Assembly: GCA_005888595.1 (NCBI GenBank) | Contig: VBAL01000111.1 | Span: forward strand, 9,450-50,317 | Direction of reading: 5' to 3' | Length of the DNA: 40,868 nucleotides | Source: Candidatus Segetimicrobium genomatis | GTDB taxonomy: Bacteria; Sysuimicrobiota; Sysuimicrobiia; Sysuimicrobiales; Kaftiobacteriaceae | In this document: piece after piece, positions 37,414 through 40,868 of the stretch | Position numbering within the stretch: position 1 is the stretch's first letter | Layout: every line of letters begins with the position of its first letter | Notes under the pieces: model-generated | Seen by the model: the letters and a program-made list of their open reading frames with translations, nothing else | The model's database searches: none | What the model was told of the DNA's origin: nothing | Translations under genes and position numbers: made by a program

Positions 37414-38379
37414 TCAAGGTGGCCACCCCAAACTGTACAGGCTCTTGCCGCCACGGGCGGGTCCCTTCAGGACGGCCTCCAGTTCTTCCTTGTCACGCTC
37501 GGTGACCAGCTCCATCGGCGGTAGCTTCCCCGGCGGGAACGTCTTGATGACGTCGGTGACGAGCCGCTCGATGTAGTCCAGCAAAGCCTCCACCCCGGGG
37601 AGCGCCTTCTCGGCCTTCGCCAGCGACGGCTTGCCAACCACGCCTTCGATATACGCCTTGACCTCGATAGGGCCGGCTCCGATGTGGCCGTACCAGTTGA
37701 TGGGGCGGCGAAGCAGGTTGCCGGCTTTGTCCACATGGCCCTCCGGCAGGAAACCGAACGGGTTGTTGTCCACGGCCCACTCCTGTTTCATCAGCTCGGG
37801 GAACAACGCCAGGCACCAGGAGGTCTCGACCTCATCGGCATGGATGAACGGCGTCTCATACGGGCCACCCTGGGCCTTAAGTTTGAAGTGATCCTGAACG
37901 GCATGGTACCAGTTCAGGTTGATAACCAGTGCCGGCACCCGGTAGCGCTTGCCAAACTGATGGATGGCGGTGGGAATCACGTACTCCTGTCCGTGACCAT
38001 TCAGCAGGATCTGTTTCCGGAAGCCCATGTTCCAGAATCCGGCGATCATGGCCCGCAGGAAGCCCGTAAAGACCTCCTCCGGGATCACCACCGTGCTCGG
38101 CATGCCGAGATGATGATACGGATGCGATCCCCACCACAGCGGTTCGGAGACGGTACATCCCGTGCGCTCTGCCACCGCCTCCGCCATCCGCGTCACCAGG
38201 AAGATATCCTCACCAATCGGCGCATTGGGCCCATGCGCTTCCGTCGCACCGAGGGGCACGATCAGGACGTCGTTGGTTTTCAGACGTTCCTCAATGTCGC
38301 GCATCGTCATCGTTTGCAGATAGACGCCGGTGCGCTTGTCCATGTGACCGCCCTTCGGCGGCAAACTCCACTTCGCCAT
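37414..38379 (-). CDS. iolN: 3-dehydro-scyllo-inosose hydrolase (creatininase family, Thermotoga IolN-like)
   Basis: GVYLQTMT, TEAHGP, GED, NGHGQE, PFIHADEVETS and YIEGVVGK, close to the recalled T. maritima IolN sequence. Confidence 0.88.
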   Translation of the reverse strand: MAKWSLPPKGGHMDKRTGVYLQTMTMRDIEERLKTNDVLIVPLGATEAHGPNAPIGEDIFLVTRMAEAVAERTGCTVSEPLWWGSHPYHHLGMPSTVVIPEEVFTGFLRAMIAGFWNMGFRKQILLNGHGQEYVIPTAIHQFGKRYRVPALVINLNWYHAVQDHFKLKAQGGPYETPFIHADEVETSWCLALFPELMKQEWAVDNNPFGFLPEGHVDKAGNLLRRPINWYGHIGAGPIEVKAYIEGVVGKPSLAKAEKALPGVEALLDYIERLVTDVIKTFPPGKLPPMELVTERDKEELEAVLKGPARGGKSLYSLGWPP

Positions 38380-38394
38380 TGCTAACCTCCTCTG

Positions 38395-38491
38395 AGTGAT
38401 TAGTGATTCGTGATTAGTGATTCGTAAATTCGCGAAATCAAGTAACCGACGCGCCTCCCAAGATCTTGCGAATCACGAATCACTAATCACG
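38395..38491. repeat. Inverted heptamer arrays (GTGATTM)n ... (GAATCAC)n
   Basis: agtgatt agtgatt cgtgatt agtgatt ... gaatcac gaatcac taatcac; contains the ATPase stop. Confidence 0.88.
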
Positions 38492-39550
38492 TAGTATGTG
38501 AGTCCGCTCGGGCGGAATCTCAAGGAAGACATCCCCGCCATAGACCGTCTCCCCCGGGGACGGCACGTCCACAATCCAGGTCAACCCGGCGGCTTCCACC
38601 CAGTACCGGGCGAGCGTGCCCAGGAAACTGGCGGTGGTAATCCGTCCTGGAAGGACGTTATCCATCTGTGGCGGCGCGCGGTGGAGCCGGATCGCTTCCG
38701 GCCGGAGCACCAACGTGACCCGGCCTCCGGCGGTACCACCCCGCCCCATCTCGGGCGCTGCCCGGTTCAGCGGAACGCGCAACGTCACGCCGCCGATCCG
38801 CACCACGTCGGGGCCGGCCACATCTGCCTCGACGAAATTGGCCAGGCCCACGAAATCGGCCACGAAGCGGTTTGCCGGATGGTGGTAGATTTCTACCGGC
38901 GTGCCGATCTGCTGCACCCGGCCGCGGTCCATCACCGCGATACGGTCGGACACCGCGAGCGCCTCTTCCTGATCGTGGGTCACATAGAGCACGGTCTTGC
39001 CCAGCTGTCGCTGCAGCTGCCGGATCTCGGTCCGGACCCGCACGCGCAGCTTGGCGTCGAGATTCGAGAGGGGCTCATCCAGGAGCAGGACTTCGGGCTC
39101 GACGACCAGCGCGCGCGCCAGGGCGACGCGCTGCTGCTGTCCGCCCGACAGCCTGGCGGGAAAGGTCCGCTCGACTCCACTCAGTCCAACCAAGCTTAGC
39201 GCCGCCGCCACACGGCGCGCCACATCTCGCTCGCCTACGTGGCGCATGCGCAACCCATAGGCCACGTTTTCAACCACAGTCATGTGAGGGAAGAGTGCGT
39301 ATTCTTGAAAGACCATCGCCGTCTGGCGGAGGTGGGGGGGCAGATTGTTCACGCGTCTGGCCCCGATGAACACGTCTCCGCGGTCAGGCGGGTAGAACCC
39401 GGCTACAATGCGCAGCGTCGTCGTCTTCCCGCAGCCGCTTGGCCCCAGCAGCGTATAGAAGCTGCCCTCCGGCACGTCCAGCGATACACGGTCGACGGCG
39501 GGAAGTGAGCCAAACCGCTTAGACACCTCGACCAACCGTACTTCAGCCAT
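38483..39550 (-). CDS. ABC transporter ATP-binding protein (PotA/FbpC-like)
   Basis: GPSGCGKTT, LSGGQQQRV, LLLDEP and YVTHDQ motifs; C-terminal TOBE-like region. Confidence 0.95.
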   Translation of the reverse strand: MAEVRLVEVSKRFGSLPAVDRVSLDVPEGSFYTLLGPSGCGKTTTLRIVAGFYPPDRGDVFIGARRVNNLPPHLRQTAMVFQEYALFPHMTVVENVAYGLRMRHVGERDVARRVAAALSLVGLSGVERTFPARLSGGQQQRVALARALVVEPEVLLLDEPLSNLDAKLRVRVRTEIRQLQRQLGKTVLYVTHDQEEALAVSDRIAVMDRGRVQQIGTPVEIYHHPANRFVADFVGLANFVEADVAGPDVVRIGGVTLRVPLNRAAPEMGRGGTAGGRVTLVLRPEAIRLHRAPPQMDNVLPGRITTASFLGTLARYWVEAAGLTWIVDVPSPGETVYGGDVFLEIPPERTHILRD

Positions 39551-39571
39551 CGCCCATCCCAAGAATTCGCT

Positions 39572-40868
39572 TCATCCCACCGGCAGCCCGCGCAACCCGC
39601 GGGCAATAGCCAGCCGCGCTCCGCCCACGGCCACGAAGGTGATGGCGAGGAGCGCCGTCGTCAGCGCAGCTGCCGCCCCCCAGAATCCGCCGCTGATCAT
39701 GGACAAGATCGAGTAGGTGGCGACCAGGTTGCGGGGGGTGACCAGGAACACGACGATGCTGAGGTTTGTCACCGCGCGGATGAACGATGTAACAAACGAT
39801 GCCGTGAACGGTCCGCGCAGCAGCGGCAAGTAGATGTCGGTCAGGATGCGCAGCCCACTCGCACCGAGATCGGCTGCCGCCTCCTCAATGGAACGGTCGA
39901 TCTGCTTGAGCCCGGCGACGGCGGCCTGGTAACCAAACGGGATATGCCAGAACGTCAACGCCAGGATGAGGATCCAGGGCGTGCCGCCCAGCACGAGCGG
40001 CGGCTGGTTGAACGCCAGCAGGAAGCCGATCCCGATGAAGACGCCCGGCATCGCCGCGGGTAGTACGGCGAGTAAATCAAGCGCACGCTCCACACGGTAT
40101 TGCCTGCGGGAGGTGAGGAACGCGGCGACGAGCGCAATCACGCTGGTCAGCAACGCGCTGCCCGTGCCGACTTTCACACTGTTCACCAGCTGCCCGCCGC
40201 CCGCCGCCAACGCCAGTCGCCAGTGGTCCAGAGTAAGCGTCCAGTTGTATCCCCAGGTGCGGGCGAATGCGCCGGCCAGCACCGCCGCGTATACCAGCAG
40301 GACGAACAGCGCCACCACCGTGCAGATCGCGGTCAGCGGCCAGAGGAAGAACCAGGGCGTGGCCGGGCGGGCCAGCCGCGATCCACGCCCGGTGATTGCC
40401 GTATACAGGCGCCGGCTCACCCACACTCGCTCCAGGATGAACAAGCCGGCCGTGGGTACCAGGAGCAGGCTCACCACCACCGCCGCCCCGCTCAGGTCGG
40501 CCAGACCCTCAATTCGAAACCACGCTTCCGTCGCCAGGAGAGGGAGGTTGCCGGCGATGACAATGGCGTTGCCGAAGTCGGCCAGCACCGTAATCGCGAC
40601 AATGAGCATGGCCGCGGCCAGACCAGGACGGGCCAGGGGCGCCGTGACCGTGCGGAAGAGGGTCCATTCACCGGCGCCGAGGTCGCGGGCTGCATACTCG
40701 AGGGTCGGGTTGATCGCGTCCAGTACCTGACCGATGATCAACGTGGCATACGGAAAGAACGCCACGGTCTGGACCAGCCACAACCCCTGCCACCCGAAGA
40801 TGTTCACATCCAGGCCGAGCAGGGTCTTCGTGATCAGCCCCTGCCGTCCAAACATCAAGATGTAGGCA
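39572..40868 (-). CDS. FbpB-type fused ABC permease (5' end outside window), likely for inositol or inositol-phosphate compounds
   Basis: Two EAA-like motifs (LEYAARDLGA, IEEAAADLGA); many TM helices; context upstream of iolN. Confidence 0.88.
   Translation of the reverse strand, partial: AYILMFGRQGLITKTLLGLDVNIFGWQGLWLVQTVAFFPYATLIIGQVLDAINPTLEYAARDLGAGEWTLFRTVTAPLARPGLAAAMLIVAITVLADFGNAIVIAGNLPLLATEAWFRIEGLADLSGAAVVVSLLLVPTAGLFILERVWVSRRLYTAITGRGSRLARPATPWFFLWPLTAICTVVALFVLLVYAAVLAGAFARTWGYNWTLTLDHWRLALAAGGGQLVNSVKVGTGSALLTSVIALVAAFLTSRRQYRVERALDLLAVLPAAMPGVFIGIGFLLAFNQPPLVLGGTPWILILALTFWHIPFGYQAAVAGLKQIDRSIEEAAADLGASGLRILTDIYLPLLRGPFTASFVTSFIRAVTNLSIVVFLVTPRNLVATYSILSMISGGFWGAAAALTTALLAITFVAVGGARLAIARGLRGLPVG

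Overview
High-GC bacterial chromosomal segment; the gene content suggests an uncultured Terrabacteria lineage such as CSP1-3/Armatimonadota-like (inference only). A minus-strand housekeeping backbone (nnr, alr, tsaE-tsaB-rimI-tsaD, CIRCE-groES-groEL) is interrupted by a GAF/HD-GYP signalling gene, a pheA-to-nfeD block and a sugar-uptake region. The sugar region holds a glucose-type ABC system, a divergent xylose-isomerase homologue, a second binding protein and galK. The right third is a minus-strand inositol or glycerophosphoinositol catabolic operon: ABC transporter, Thermotoga-type iolN and iolO, an atypical PfkA-family kinase, hyi, two GDPDs, glpD and garR. A promoter-driven, rod-shaped RNA of about 180 nt (6S-like) lies at 29.6-29.8 kb. 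The most striking non-genic signal is a set of about 13 intergenic elements, each made of a 7-, 8- or 9-bp tandem array facing its reverse-complement array, often overlapping stop codons. In one case the two arms are 3.7 kb apart and bracket a lower-GC cargo island that encodes a secreted, possibly LasA/M23-like protein. All protein calls come from motif recognition; no database searches were run.
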